This document shows positions 1 to 14,339 of a stretch of 64,000 nt of DNA, piece after piece. Made by a program: the position numbers and the translations under genes. Location: NCBI GenBank assembly GCA_951406725.2, contig OX597815.1:197904001-197968000 (forward strand), written 5' to 3'. The notes beneath the pieces are model-generated. The model was given only the letters and a program-made list of their open reading frames with translations, ran no database searches and was not told where the DNA came from. Every line of letters begins with the position of its first letter. Within the stretch, counting starts at the first letter, position 1. This DNA comes from Octopus vulgaris. Lineage: Eukaryota.

Positions 1-85
1 GAACAGTCTATTATCGCTACCACTTAGACAACGCAGTTTGACGTCTACATCGGTTCATCCATTTAATACAAACTATTTTTTCAAG

Positions 86-319
86 TTTGAACAAAAGCAA
101 TGCGTGGACCATGCGGGCAGTCGTACGTACCCTAGGAAGGAGGCTTTCTGCTCCCTTGGTCCCATTATTCCTTATGTGAAAACTTTTAAGAGTCTAAACC
201 CATCTCTGGAACACAAGTAAAGTATGTTTCCAGTTTGCAGAAAATCGGTCGTGGACTTCAGAAATTTTACGGGTTTAAGCGCAAGCGCACACACACACGC
301 GCACACACACACGCACACA

Positions 320-375
<56 letters not shown>

Positions 376-412
376 CATGCACGCACAAACCCAGTTTTAT
401 ATATATAAAGAT
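86..412 (+). mobile_element. Possible non-autonomous Helitron/HINE-like element with internal (CA)n
   Basis: GC-rich 5' segment, TTTGCAGAAAATCGGTC motif, (CA)n at 287-385 and a TTTTATATATATAAAGAT end; this layout resembles invertebrate Helitron-derived interspersed repeats. Pattern recall only. Confidence 0.3.
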
Positions 413-1384
413 CGTTATTATTCAGTGTATTGTATTGGCATATATTCTTCCCTCAAAGTTGCTAAATTTTGTCTAAACCAGAACGTATATGCACCTATAT
501 AGGGAATTATACTTAAAACTTGATTATGAATACATGATGGGTTGTTGCTGCTTAATAGCAACAGAGACAAACGGAATTTATTCGATTCCTTATTATTTTT
601 CTTCTTCCGTATAGACTCGAGTATTGAATAATCATTAGGAAATATATACGTGATAAAATTGAAAGCTGTGATGATCCACAAAGCTATTTTCAGATCTGCA
701 GCTAAATCAACTGCCACTTAGTTATTACTTGAAACTGACATATTGCAACGTAAGCTATGATTACCTAAAACATAAGCAAAACAATACATAAAACCATGAC
801 GATAACGATAATTATATTTCAAATATCAACTATGGAAATATCGAGTACTATAATTAGATATGACAGTGGTGAGTGACTGTTTTCAATAGCTTTTAAATAT
901 ATGAAATCTAGATTTACACAGAAACAAACATACTTATAATAACAGAGTATTTGTCTCTGTGAATAATATTTCGAAATATTTGATTATAATGATATTTGTT
1001 TCGTAACTTATCATTAATAAAAGAATAAATTGAAACACAGTTTATTAAAGAAAACTTAAGCAAATGTGAGCTATCTGAATTATGTATTAAACATAAATGC
1101 TCATGCAATCATAACACAAGTGACTAGAATTGAAATGAAACAATTCATGCAGTTTTACACATGAAACAAAATATTTCAACAGATTTAAGCAAATTATATT
1201 CGTTTACTACTGCATGTTCTCGATATTGTGATCACACAAAATTTTATTTTGTGTGATCACAATATGTTTTATTTTTATGTCGCTAACTAGATTATATTTG
1301 ATAATTAAAAATAACGCTGTGCACATGCTTTAAATATGTAAGTAGAGTATTTTCAGTAAACAGTTATATAATACCTAAAAGAAG

Positions 1385-1617
1385 TGCGGCGAGCTGGCAG
1401 AAAAGTTAGCATGCCGGGCGAAATGCGTAGCCGTATTTCGTCTGCCGTTACGTTGTGAGTTCAAATTCTGCCGAGGTCGACTTTGCCTTTCATCCTTCCG
1501 GGGTCGATAAATTAAGTACCATTTACGCACCGGGGTTTATGTGATCGACTTAATACTTATGTCTGTCCTTGTTTGTCCCCTCTATGTTTAGCCCCTTGTG
1601 AGTAGTAAAGAAACAGG
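1385..1617 (+). mobile_element. SINE family A (tRNA-like head, Meta-like central domain, Tx1-like tail)
   Basis: GCGGCGAGCTGGCAGAA head, B-box GAGTTCAAATTC, GCCTTTCATCCTTCCGGGGTCGATAAATTAAGTACC core, GTCTGTCCTTGTTTGTCCCCTCT tail. 16-bp TSD with 1 mismatch (1365-1380 / 1618-1633). Confidence 0.9.
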
Positions 1618-1653
1618 TATATAAGACCTAAAAAAAATGTTTTCTTTGTCTTA

Positions 1654-1848
1654 AGGCTGGAAGAAATGTTAGCATGCTCGGTAAAATGCTTAGCAGTATT
1701 TCGTATGTCTTTACGTTGTGAGTTCAAATTCCGCCGAAGTAGACTCTGCCTTTCATCCTTTCGGGGTCGATAAATTAAGTACCAGTTACCTACTGAGTTC
1801 AATATAATCTACTGTACACCGCCACCAAAAAAATCGGGCCTCGTGCAG
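1654..1848 (+). mobile_element. SINE family A, diverged, alternative tail
   Basis: Same head and core as 1385-1617; ends in AAATCGGGCCTCGTGC-type tail. Confidence 0.75.
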
Positions 1849-2228
1849 TTTGGTTGAGTGTCACTCTGTTATTATTTTTGCTCCGTATTCGTCGTATGTT
1901 TTAGAGTTATGTAACCAAACATACTTTTGCTTTACGCCTAAAGATAAATCTGTGTAATTAGAAAACGAGATGAAATCCTATTAATGAGAAAATGTAACAA
2001 ATTACATAAAAAAGAATCGTAAGGAATATTTAATCAACTTTAAATCCTTTATACCGCAAAACATTTATTGTGCAACACATCCTAACTCCTAAAATTTATG
2101 TCACACATTTAATAATGAAAGCAATTCATTTAATTCGACATATTTACATTGAAATTATTTTTTGATACAGAAGAAACTGCTACTCCTTCACGACGTCTAA
2201 ACTTCTCGCTCTATATCTACGTATTGGG

Positions 2229-2741
2229 CTAGTCTACTTCATCGTCTGGGGGGGGGGGGGCGACCACACAACATAAACAATGATAATTTGACACGTTCAG
2301 ACACAGGTCCCAATCGTTAGACCACTTCCAAATTTGGTGGAGGCATCGACGAAGATCCTCTATACTACCGCGAGGAGCGACCAGTTTGATATCGTCGGCA
2401 AATAGAAGGGTGTGTTGCGTGAGGTCGTCGGGCAAGTCATTTATGAAGACTAAGAACAACAAGGGCCCAAGCACTGAACCTTGAGGCACGCCACTGCTCG
2501 CACTGGAGACGTCGGACCGCGAACCATTAACTTGAACTTGGAAGGAGCGATCTGAGAGGAAGGCACCAACCCATCGTACAATATCCGGATGGAAACTATA
2601 TGCTTGAAGCTTGACAAGTAGTAGGCGGTGGTTTACCGAGTCAAAAGCTTTGGCAAAGTCCAATAAAACGATGTCAACAGCATCACTATCATCGAGGATG
2701 CGCGTCACCAATTCTTCCATTACTAGTAAGTTGGTCAACAC
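2229..2741 (-). pseudogene. CR1/L2-group non-LTR retrotransposon reverse transcriptase fragment
   Basis: ORF with LDFAKAFDSVNH, SGVPQGSVLGPLLFLVFINDLP and LLFADDIKL RT motifs; more GC-rich than its flanks. Confidence 0.92.
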
Positions 2742-3974
2742 ACGAACTCATATAAAGAATCTTGCAAACCAAATCCAAAAATGAAACAAGTTTAGATTAA
2801 AATAATGTAGAAATGATATTTGTTGTTACAACCGGGCATATAAGGCGGTTTAAACTAGAGAAAACAATAAATCGAGGAAATGCGCATCCCCGGAAAGATA
2901 AACACGAGTCCCAAAATCGCGGAGCTTCAAAATTATATCAATTTAAACTGTATGTAAAATATGCAAAAGTGGAAGAGCGTGTAGTATTTAGCGATTATAA
3001 GTTGAACGCTAAATTGATAAAAATAATTTCTTTTATGAAGGGAAATATTTCTAAGATCCCCTGTATTACAGAAAAATATAACAGAAAATTACAGCAAGAC
3101 GAGGTTAAAAGCAGAAATATTTTGCTGCAATATATCTTAAACGGGAGTAAAGTGACCTTTTATTGACTGAACAGTATTACGTAAAAAAACGTTTTAACAA
3201 ATGAATCTTTCTCCGCATTTTGATTTGTAAAATTGCTAAAAATCTGTGCCATATCAGCTTGAAAGCCTTTCCGTATAAGAAATGGATATTGAATTTAAAC
3301 CATATTTTTACTTTTTAGAATACATGATATGGTCGCTATAAATAAAGTTTAGCGCTGAATGTTTGTATTATCCCTTGGAAAAGCTGTTTTCTCTTAATGG
3401 AACATAGGATTGATTTCAAGAAGAAAAAAAAAAGCATTTGCGTAAAACATAACGGCTTAAATGTAGTCGAGAAATACCGACACTTGGTTCATCGACAATA
3501 CTAGAAAGTTAAATACCGGTAGAAAGTATCGACCGGAAAATTCAATTGTCTATAACACTATATATCAAGCATGTTTATTTTATAAAATTCGTAATAAAAC
3601 AGTTATTGATACACATACACGTGCACCCCACGCACATCACACAAATGTATATGCAGTCATGCATTTCGTTAACCGAGAAACACACAATTATTACATACAG
3701 CTTACAAAATACGCAACGTACACAAATATGAACACATCCTGCCAAACTTTATACCTTCTATTCCTTTGACTGAAATTGTACTTTCTGTATGTTACTATTG
3801 CTAAATGCTTCACAATCAATTTTCTCAATGTATCAATAACAGTTTCAAATAAATGTCAATGTTACTGCAAAAGATCGCGTCTTGAACGAGTAAATCCGAT
3901 GATAATCGTAAATACATACATCAGGTCACGTGTGGAGGCATCCGTCGTTGCAACGCTTGTAGTATTCACAATTT

Positions 3975-4960
3975 GTTAGAATATTACAGGGTCAACGCGG
4001 TCAACCCGTGAAACAAGGGTTTAGTGAGATACCTCCTCATCTGCCGTAAACATGTGGCATGTGGTCGAATAACATGATCCGCGAACCCAGCCGAATTCAC
4101 AGTGAAGAGAAAATAGTATGGTGTTCTAACTCGAAAACGCAAGCGACATAAGGGATCAGTCTGAGTCTGCGCCCCAGAATCATACAGGTAACATGAGGTA
4201 TCCCCGATTCTATTTCGATTTAATGATTGAATACGAAATCCAACCAAATATACACCATAATTCTGTGAAGTATTCTGCTACCGAAAAAGTGAAGGTGTCT
4301 CCTAACGCATCTGAGAAGTGTCCAAGTCTTACAACTATTGAGCAAGAAAGAGAGGACCAGTGACCTATAAACACAAACATTTCCCTCCTGCTGAGATATC
4401 GACAGCATCAAATATCCTTGTTTAATGTCTGCACAACTGTCAAAGATTTTTAGAACCTCAGACGCTCAGCTAATGCTATCATAAATCTCACTGCTGAGAG
4501 ATGTGAATCGCTAAAAAAATAAACGACATGGTCACCCGCAACAGAGACAGACGAGGTAGAACCGCATTAGAATCCAAAGAAAAACTGGTTACTTGTGTTG
4601 ATCCAAAAGAGACTTCACTTTCAAGCTTTTGCGATTTTTCACTCAGTGGAATGATAGCGTTATTTATGACAGCTAGAGGTTCAGCAAGAATTACTCCATC
4701 ATCAGCAAAATCTATGTCTGTAATCCTAGTGTCACCAAACAGCCCACCACATCTCGATTGAACCATCATCCGGCCCAATGCCCAACCCATGAAGGCATTG
4801 AACATAGTGGAAGCCAAGACACAACCCTGACGGGCCTCAGTTCTTACTGAGGATGAGTCAGGTGTTGAGACCCCAATCTGAATCACATTGAGTGTTCCGG
4901 TGTTCAGGGCGATTATCAACTGAATCAGTCGAGGAAGTAAACCACGCATCACCGGACTCT
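3975..4960 (-). pseudogene. Degenerate RTE-clade LINE (RT and post-RT region)
   Basis: Fragmented ORFs: RQGCVLASTMFN, ITDIDFADDGVILAE, VYRSLVLSFLLNSCKTWTL...RILHRIM.YIWLDFVFN. Confidence 0.85.
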
Positions 4961-5120
4961 TCCTATGTCAACATCCGCTAGACGTTTGACTCGGTGGCCA
5001 GAGATCTGCTTTTGAGGACTTTGAAGTAAACACACACATATATTGAGATATGCACTAGGTGGGTTCATACAATATTTTCACTACCCGCGTTTGCTCACAT
5101 GTTCTCTCCGTACACGCGTA

Positions 5121-5170
<50 letters not shown>

Positions 5171-5415
5171 AATATACGAAACCATGTATGCAACCAACTA
5201 CAGGCAGATAACGAAATGCATTATAATCAAACCAATCGCAACCGAGTTTACTGAGCGAGGTACTTTTTGCAATATCATCTGTCGAGACACATCTTCACCG
5301 GTGGATGCACCATAACCCGTTTTCCAGAACCTCATCTGCGTGAGACCGATGCAAGATGAGACGAAACGACGTTGTGATGAATAATGAATCTCATGAATTC
5401 CATTTCTTCTTTTTT

Positions 5416-5460
5416 ATATACACACACACACACACACAGACACACACATACACACACGCA

Positions 5461-5541
<81 letters not shown>
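5416..5541. repeat. (CA)n(TA)n microsatellite
   Basis: Direct reading. Confidence 0.95.
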
Positions 5542-5690
5542 GTAGGGACAGCTGATGAAGGGGATTTTTCCTTGTGTAGTTTGTCTAGTACTCTGTTTTT
5601 TCTTTGTAAAAAAAAGGTTCGTTCCATGCTTGTTTTTACGTTTTCGTTATCTTTGAGTTCTGCGTCTATTTGTGGTGTCCTGTACTCACG
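5541..5690 (+). mobile_element. Short TA-flanked element, possible Penelope-like pLTR remnant
   Basis: Lies between TA-rich tracts; short imperfect terminal IR (GTAGGGACA / TGTCCTGTAC); CTGATGAAGG half-core at 5552. Confidence 0.35.
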
Positions 5691-5778
5691 TATATATATT
5701 TATATATGCATGTATATATACATGTTGTTGTAGGTACGTACATATATGTTTGTATGTATGCATATATTTTATTTATTA

Positions 5779-5809
<31 letters not shown>

Positions 5810-6029
5810 ACCAGGAATAATTGAATTTTGCTTCCAATTATGCAATGTAATATCAAAGGAAAATGTTATTTTTTTATCACGATTGAATAATTAAATAAAT
5901 GTTCTCAAGTGTTATTTGTTACGCAAGTCCGTATAAATGAGGACAGATATTATTAGAACCTTATTTCGATACTTTAACGCTATTAGTACTTCAACTCACT
6001 CAATGGTGATGTGACACACTCATTAACAC

Positions 6030-6210
6030 AGCGGACAATATGATTAGCGTTATGTCGTCTGTCTTTATGTTCTTAGTTCAAAATCCTGCTGAGGTCGATT
6101 TTGTCATTCATCCGTTCATCCTTCGATAATAAAAAAAAGCACCAGTTCAACACTACGGCCAATGTTATCGACACATACTCTCTCAACATTTCAACCTTTA
6201 TGCCTATAAT
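6030..6210 (+). mobile_element. SINE family A, diverged
   Basis: GTTCAAAATCCTGCTGAGGTCGATTTTGTCATTCATCC core remnant; alternative tail. Confidence 0.6.
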
Positions 6211-6492
6211 CACGTGATCACGTGACCGACCAGATGTTGCTACACGTCGCTGGTCACAGTGCGCTTCGCATTGTTTTAGCCTTCAAATGACGCCACCCAG
6301 CTGGCTAAGCGAGCAGGCCAACAGAAGAAAGGATGAGAGAAAGTTGTGGCGAAAGAGTACAGCAAGGATCGCCACCAGCCCAATCCGGAGCCTCGTGGAG
6401 CTTTAGGTGTTTTCGCTCGATAAACTCTCACAACGCGATCCTCCGACCGCGAATCTACTGCCCTAACCACTGGGCCATTGCCCCTCCACTTG
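6211..6492 (-). mobile_element. SINE family C (tRNA-derived head)
   Basis: Minus-strand head TGGCCCAGTGGTTAGGGCAG, body shared with 12024 and 61182, ends in (CACGTGAT)2; TSD TGCCTATAAT at 6201-6210 / 6493-6502. Confidence 0.85.
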
Positions 6493-9158
6493 TGCCTATA
6501 ATATAAATAATTATTACTTCAAATCTATTTTCTTTTTTTATATGAAAGCAAGCAATACTCAGGCATTTAAGCATTATAAATGCGTAAGTGAATCTTACTG
6601 TGACACAAAATGCAATATTTACATCATTGTTGATGTATGTACGCTTATAAAAAAAATTCTGTAGAAAGATGTTGCAAGACGCAAAAAGCAGAAATAAATT
6701 TGCCTTCAAATAAGAGACCAAATATATAGACAGGGAAAACGTTCGGAGATATTTTGCTATGTGATAATTTCGGATATCGTATATCACTCCAATCTGATAT
6801 TTTCTATTCTGTCTTCAGGAATAATGTGCTGTGAGCCTCAATAAAGTTCAAAATCTTTAAAATCTTAATAACATTTGTAACATTTCATTTTCTGAGATCA
6901 GTAAAACGAATGATTAATATTAGTATCGGTTCAATCAATTTTCAGCTCGTATATGTGTTACAAACCTTGTCGTATTTTATAAATGGTATAAAATAATTCC
7001 AAACCATGACTGCTTTTAAACAGTGGAACAAGCTGCAAGTTTTATACATGTACGATAGCCAACATTGTTTGTGCAAAATATGTATATATCACGTTAAGAA
7101 TTTCTTGCGAGAATTGTGTATGAACGATGTCTGCAGAAAAGTTAAGATATTTTACGTTCTTTCAACATTGCAATAATTATAGTAATTGTAAATCACATTA
7201 ATCAACAAGCGGAAAAGCAGAGTTGAATTTAAAATATATTAATATGAAAAGAAGCTATAAATAATGTCTCAATGACTTTTACAGGAAAAAATCTATATTG
7301 TCGATCCAAGCATAGAACCAGTGCTATTTAACTCGGTAAACGAAGACATGATAGATTAATTTCTGCCGATGAAGATGAAAACAGATTCATTTGGAGAACT
7401 AAAATACCTTCAGAGAGAACGGGATTGTCAAAGTTAACATTCTTGTCCACTGATCTGACAGGTTTGACAAACGTGGTCATATAAAACCATGATGTGAGAG
7501 TTTATGCAGTGATATGATCTGCCTGAAACAACAGTAAATACTCCAGTAATTCATACACAGGAATTTTCTTAAGAAACAGAACTTTCCTTTATATCCTCTT
7601 AAAGGAAAAGTGTTTAACAGAATACGAGGAGGTTGGTGAATACACAAACGGTATTCATAAAATGTTCGCTCGATCAGCGACCTAGGAATAGATTTAAAAA
7701 GAAAAAGAAAGGTAAACAACGAATAACACTTACCGAATTATATCTGGATTCATAAATATTCAGGTAGAAATTTATGAATATTAATGTTTATTGAAATTTA
7801 CAAGAAAAATTCGCTGTTCCCTGATATTTTATATGATTAATCAGCAGAGTATGTGTTGGTTACCATAATATACATTTATGCATATAATTATCTATGTATC
7901 TATACGCACATATGTGTGTGTGTCAGTGGGTTCGCGTATTTTCTCTGAATATATCGTTATATCATTGACTTAGAATTTCAAATATACATTGCAGGCTCAG
8001 ATATTTTGTATGAGAGCCCGCTGCTTCCATATATACACATCTCTCCTCTCTACACCACCAAACATATCTAATCAAAGGGAATACTAAAAGAGTTTGACTC
8101 TTGTACCATAAAATCATGGCAGCCTCAGTTCAGAAATAATGAATAGTTACCCAAACACATCCACTCCAATTTTTGTAGGATGCTCTGTCAAACGGAGTAC
8201 CATGACTGCTAATATGGGTATTAACACCAACATAATAAATGACAGATTTAAACTCATATATTTCAAAGTTAGACAACGGAAAACTGGAAAAATAGCAACT
8301 ACTTTAAACCACTGACAGCATCGCATAAATGGATTTCCATGTATTTTAGGTTTCCATTTCAGGTTTAATAAGGGGTTGAAAATTATAATTGCGGCGTGCA
8401 CATCTAAATTCTCTATGGTTAACTTAATTTGCATAAAATTCTGGAAAGAACAATTATTAGAAACTTCCCACCGGACTACTACATCGCTGCCACATAGACA
8501 TTAAAAGGATAATTCTTATTATACGGACATATATCTTTCTCGAGAGCTACATCAATATCTATGTCTCTACAAATTTCTCTTCGCTATTTCAACAATTATA
8601 ACACCACATATCAAACATCAGAAGACAAGAAAATTATGGCAAATAAATAAAAACAAGAAATGTGTTTTAAGCTGACTTAAAGAGGAGTACTTTAGTATTA
8701 CTGACACTGGGCCTCAAGTTTTCTCACTCCGAAGTTGGGAAAAGATCGGAAAAATAATTTTCACTTTCTTAGACTATAAAGGACATTCAGCTGTTTGAAA
8801 TAGTAGAGACTGTTTTCTTCACAGTTTTGTTTTCATGCTAATAATAACATTTGTTGTACATATCGATGATGAACTCCGAAAGGTATCCCATTTCAGCCTA
8901 AATTTCCACATTATTTCCTATTAGAATACATATCCTTTAATACCATACGATGGGTAAAAATCGATTTCTTAAATGCCAATTTTACATGAACAAAACCTCT
9001 AATAGCAGGTTACTAAAGTACTGTTTCTATAAAACTTTGGTTTCTAGCGACCATTTGTATGTTGCTGTTGTCATATCATGATATTTCAAACAAATTAACT
9101 CCTATGCTACAAAATAGACCAGATATATAATCATATAAAAGGTTGCATGTATGTATGC

Positions 9159-9223
<65 letters not shown>

Positions 9224-9425
9224 CATAGATTTTTTTACTTTATTGTGTTTCTGTACTGCTTCATTCTCCAAATTTGATTATGTAAATATGTGTGCGTGTG
9301 TGTGAGTATTGGGATATGTGTGGGGGGGAGCATGTATGTATGTATGTATGTATGTATGTATGTATGTATGTATACACACACACACACAAATATATGTATA
9401 TATGTATATTTATATAGATACGAAC

Positions 9426-9600
9426 GTGGCTGTGTGGTAAGAAGCTTACTTCCCAACAACATGGTTCTGGGTTCAGCCCGAGTGTGTGGCACCGTGTGTA
9501 AGTGAACTCTACTAAAGCCTGAAGCCAACCAAAACCTTGTGAGTGGATTTCATAAAAGGAAACTGAAAGAAGCCATCGTATATGTATGTTTATATATATG

Positions 9601-9632
<32 letters not shown>

Positions 9633-9702
9633 TGTGTATGTATGTATGTATGTATGTATGTATGTGTATGTATGTATGTATGTATGTATGTATGTATGTA
9701 TG

Positions 9703-9734
<32 letters not shown>

Positions 9735-10413
9735 TGTATGTATGTATGATGTATGTATGTATGTATGTATGTATGTATGTATGTATGTATGTATGTGTAT
9801 GTATGTATGTATGTATGTATGTATGTATGTATGTATGTATGTATGTATGTATGTATGTATGTATGTATGTATGTATGTATGTATGTATGTATGTATGTAT
9901 GTATGTATGTATGTATGTATGTATGTATGTATGTATGTATGTATGTATGTATGTATGTATGTATGTATGTATGTATGTATGTATGTATGTATGTATGTAT
10001 GTATGTATGTATGTATGTATGTATGTATGTATGTATGTATGTATGTATGTATGTATGTATGTATGTATGTATGTATGTATGTATGTATGTATGTATGTAT
10101 GTATGTATGTATGTATGTATGTATGTATGTATGTATGTATGTATGTATGTATGTATGTATGTATGTATGTATGTATGTATGTATGTATGTATGTATGTAT
10201 GTATGTATGTATGTATGTATGTATGTATGTATGTATGTATGTATGTATGTATGTATGTATGTATGTATGTATGTATGTATGTATGTATGTATGTATGTAT
10301 GTATGTATGTATGTATGTGTGTATGTATGTATGTATGTATGTATGTATGTATGTATGTATGTATGTATGTATGTATGTATGTATGTATGTATGTATGTAT
10401 GTATGTATGTATG

Positions 10414-10447
<34 letters not shown>

Positions 10448-10569
10448 TGTATGTATGTATGTATGTATGTATGTATGTATGTATGTATGTATGTATGTAT
10501 GTATGTATGTATGTATGTATGTATGTATGTATGTATGTATGTATGTATGTGTGTATGTATGTATGTATG

Positions 10570-10603
<34 letters not shown>

Positions 10604-10937
10604 TGTATGTATGTATGTATGTATGTATGTGTGTATGTATGTATGTATGTATGTATGTATGTATGTATGTATGTATGTATGTATGTATGTATGTATGTAT
10701 GTATGTATGTATGTATGTATGTATGTATGTATGTATATATGTATGTATGCATGTATGTATGTATGTATGTATGTATGTATGTATGTATGTATGTATGTAT
10801 GTATGTATGTATGTATGTATGTATGTATGTATGTATGTATGTATGTATGTATGTATGTATGTGTGTATGTATGTATGTGTGTATGTATGTATGTATGTAT
10901 GTATGTATGTATGTATGTGTGTATGTATGTATGTATG

Positions 10938-10999
<62 letters not shown>

Positions 11000-11105
11000 T
11001 GTATGTATGTATGTATGTATGTATGTATGTGTGTATGTATGTATGTGTGTATGTATGTATGTATGTATGTATGTATGTATGTATGTGTGTATGTATGTAT
11101 GTATG

Positions 11106-11167
<62 letters not shown>

Positions 11168-11325
11168 TGTATGTATGTATGTATGTATGTATGTATGTAT
11201 GTATGTATGTATGTATGTATGTATGTATGTATGTATGTATGTATGTATGTATGTATGTATGTATGTATGTATGTATGTATGTATGTATGTATGTATGTAT
11301 GTATGTATGTATGTATGTATGTATG

Positions 11326-11359
<34 letters not shown>

Positions 11360-11501
11360 TGTATGTATGTATGTATGTATGTATGTATGTATGTATGTAT
11401 GTATGTATGTATGTATGTATGTATGTATGTGTGTATGTATGTATGTGTGTATGTATGTATGTATGTATGTATGTATGTATGTGTGTATGTATGTATGTAT
11501 G

Positions 11502-11597
<96 letters not shown>

Positions 11598-11915
11598 TGT
11601 ATGTATGTGTGTATGTATGTATGTATGTATGTGTGTATGTATGTATGTATGTATGTATGTATGTATGTATGTATGTATGTATGTATGTATGTATGTATGT
11701 ATGTATGTATGTATGTATGTATATGTATGTATGTATGTATTTACTTGTGCTTGTTTCCGTGTCTTTCCCCCCACCATCATTGACAATAAATGCTGGTATG
11801 TTTATGTCCCCCAAATAAGTACTAGGCTTACTAAGAATAAGTTGGGGGTCAATTTTTTCGAATAAAGGCGGTCCTCAAGCATGTCTGCAGTCAAATGAGT
11901 GAAAAGTAAAAGAAT
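9426..11915 (+). mobile_element. SINE family B with massively expanded internal microsatellite
   Basis: Head GTGGCTGTGTGGTAAG...GGAAACTGAAAGAAGCC at 9426-9578 and tail ...AAAGGCGGTCCTCAAGCATG...CAGTCAAATGA at 11741-11915 match other family B copies. Confidence 0.85.
9579..11740. repeat. (ATGT)n tetranucleotide array, about 2.15 kb
   Basis: Direct reading; source of all the 676-841 aa YIHT/MYVC ORFs. Confidence 0.99.
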
Positions 11916-12023
11916 ATATAAGCTTTCTGTATAAGTATATTTAGGGCTATATATATATATGAATATATATATATATATATATATACATGAATATATATAT
12001 ACACATATATATATATATATAGT

Positions 12024-12240
12024 AGAGGCGCAATGGCCTAGTGGTTAGGGCAGCGGACTCGCGGTCGCAGGATCGCGGTTTCGATTCTCAGACCGGGCGT
12101 TGTGTGTGTTTATTGAGCGAAAACACCTAAAAGCTCTACGAGGCTCCGGCAGGGGGTGGTGATCCCTGCTGTACTCTTTCACCACAATGGCGGTGCCCCA
12201 GCATGGCCACAGCTCAAGAGCTGAAACTGGAAAAACAAAA
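12024..12240 (+). mobile_element. SINE family C with family-B-type tail
   Basis: A-box TGGCCTAGTGG, B-box GTTTCGATTC; tail GGCGGTGCCCCAGCATGGCCACAGC...GCTGAAACT. Confidence 0.85.
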
Positions 12241-12298
12241 CAAACAAAAACAAACATATATATGTGTATATACACATATATGTATGTATATATATATA

Positions 12299-12528
12299 TT
12301 TCTTTACTACCCACAAGGGGTTAAACACAGAGGAGACAAACAAGGACAGACAAACGGATTAAGTCGATTACATCGACCCTAGTGCGTAACTGGTACTTAA
12401 TTTATCGACTCCAGAAGGATGAAAGGTAAAGTCGACCTCGGTGGAATTTGAACTTGGAACGTAACGGCAGACGAAAAACGGCAACGCATTTCGCCCGGCG
12501 TGCTAACGATTCTGCCAGCTCGTCGCCT
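12299..12528 (-). mobile_element. SINE family A
   Basis: Full-length reverse-complement match to 1385-1617. Confidence 0.9.
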
Positions 12529-12632
12529 TATTTATGTATATATATATACACGCATGTCTGTTTATATGTATATATAGGTGCATGTTATATATATGCGTAT
12601 CTATGCATGTATATATATATGTATGTATCCAC

Positions 12633-12693
<61 letters not shown>

Positions 12694-12700
12694 GTATGTA

Positions 12701-12800
12701 TACGTGGTCTAATGAATAAGTATCCGCATTATTGCCATAGTAACTTTCCAAACGAATGTGCACTTCATATTCAAGTATGTGATGGAGCTATAGACTTTTA
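12701..12800 (+). mobile_element. Tc1/mariner-type terminal remnant
   Basis: TA followed by CGTGGTCTAATGAATAAGTATCCG, resembling mariner TIR starts; no partner TIR seen. Confidence 0.4.
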
Positions 12801-13057
12801 TCTTCGTACTCAACTAGGAGGCCACCACATCTTCTCATAGAAGAACCAACTGGATGCTAATGAAATTCATAACCTAACATTTGTCTTTTCCGGTCTCATC
12901 TCCTTGTTCTTCCTACTACTCTATACTCATATAACATTAGGTTCATAAACATACGTATAGTGAATTCTACGTATCCTTATATGTTCTCGTTAAGCCTATC
13001 TATCTCTCTTTCTCTTTCCTTCTCCCCCTCTCTCTCTCTCCACATATATATCTCTCT

Positions 13058-13437
13058 TTTATTTGTTTCAGTCATTTGACTGCGGCCATGCTGGAGCATC
13101 ACCTTTAGTCGAGCAAATCGACCCCGGGACTTATTCTTTGTAAGCCCAGTACTTATTCTATCGGTCTCTTATTGCCGAACCGCTAAGTAACGGGGACATA
13201 AACAGACAAGCATCGGTTGTCAAGCGATGTTGGGGGGACAAACACAGACACACAAACACATAAACACACATATATATACATATATACGTGAGGCTTCTTT
13301 CAGTTTCCGTCTACCAAATCCACTCACAAGGCATTGGTCGGTCCGAGGCTATTGCAGAAGGCACTTGCCCAAGATGCCACGCAGTGGGACTAAACCCGGA
13401 ACCATGTGGTTGATTAGCAAGCTACTTACCACACAGC
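13058..13437 (-). mobile_element. SINE family B, full length
   Basis: Reverse-complement match to 41095-41126 plus 46575-46957, and to 32345-32715. Confidence 0.92.
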
Positions 13438-13447
13438 ATCTTCTACG

Positions 13448-13529
<82 letters not shown>

Positions 13530-13874
13530 ACACACACACACACAGAAAAAGATATGTACGTGTGTGTGTGTGTGTGTGTGATTCTGCAGCAGATGCTTCT
13601 GTATATATGTGCGATGAATATATTTCTCATCTCTGGCAGATACAATATACCATTTTCACTCGAGGTAAAAGACTTCTATTAAATTTACGTCAACTCACTT
13701 GCCAGACAATCCCCTCGAGACTACAGACAATTTCCGTAGCGCGTGATACGATACAGTATGTTTGAAACTCAGAGGATTGTTTATGGGAAGCAAATTATAT
13801 ACCCGTCCATATATCAGACTTTGCACACCAATCTCACACGGATATAAATGCACATATATATATATATATATATG

Positions 13875-14105
13875 TTTCTTTATTGCCCACAAGGGGCTAA
13901 ACATAGAGGGGACTAACAAGGACAGACAAACGGATTAAGTCGATTACATCGACCCCAGTGCGTAACTGGTACTTATTTAATCGACCCCGAAAGGATGAAA
14001 GGCAAAGTCGACCTCGGCGGAATTTGAACTCAGAACGTAACGGCAGACGAAATCCAGCTGCGCATTTCACCCGGCGTACTAACGTTCCTGCCAGCTCGCC
14101 GCCTT
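13875..14105 (-). mobile_element. SINE family A
   Basis: Full-length match; AATAAA near the 3' end on the minus strand. Confidence 0.92.
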
Positions 14106-14109
14106 AAAA

Positions 14110-14145
<36 letters not shown>

Positions 14146-14288
14146 CACACTTATAAATATATATGCACATGCATACATACGTACATGCATGCACGCGTTT
14201 ATATATATACATATTTATATATACATATTTATATGTATACATATTTATATATACATATTTATATATATACATATTTATATATATATAT

Positions 14289-14339
<51 letters not shown>

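Noticed and set aside
2813-3166. 117-aa ORF
   Set aside because: No recognisable domain; AT-rich chance ORF or decayed repeat.
9261-11865. 676-841 aa ORFs on both strands
   Set aside because: Translations of the stop-free (ATGT)n array.
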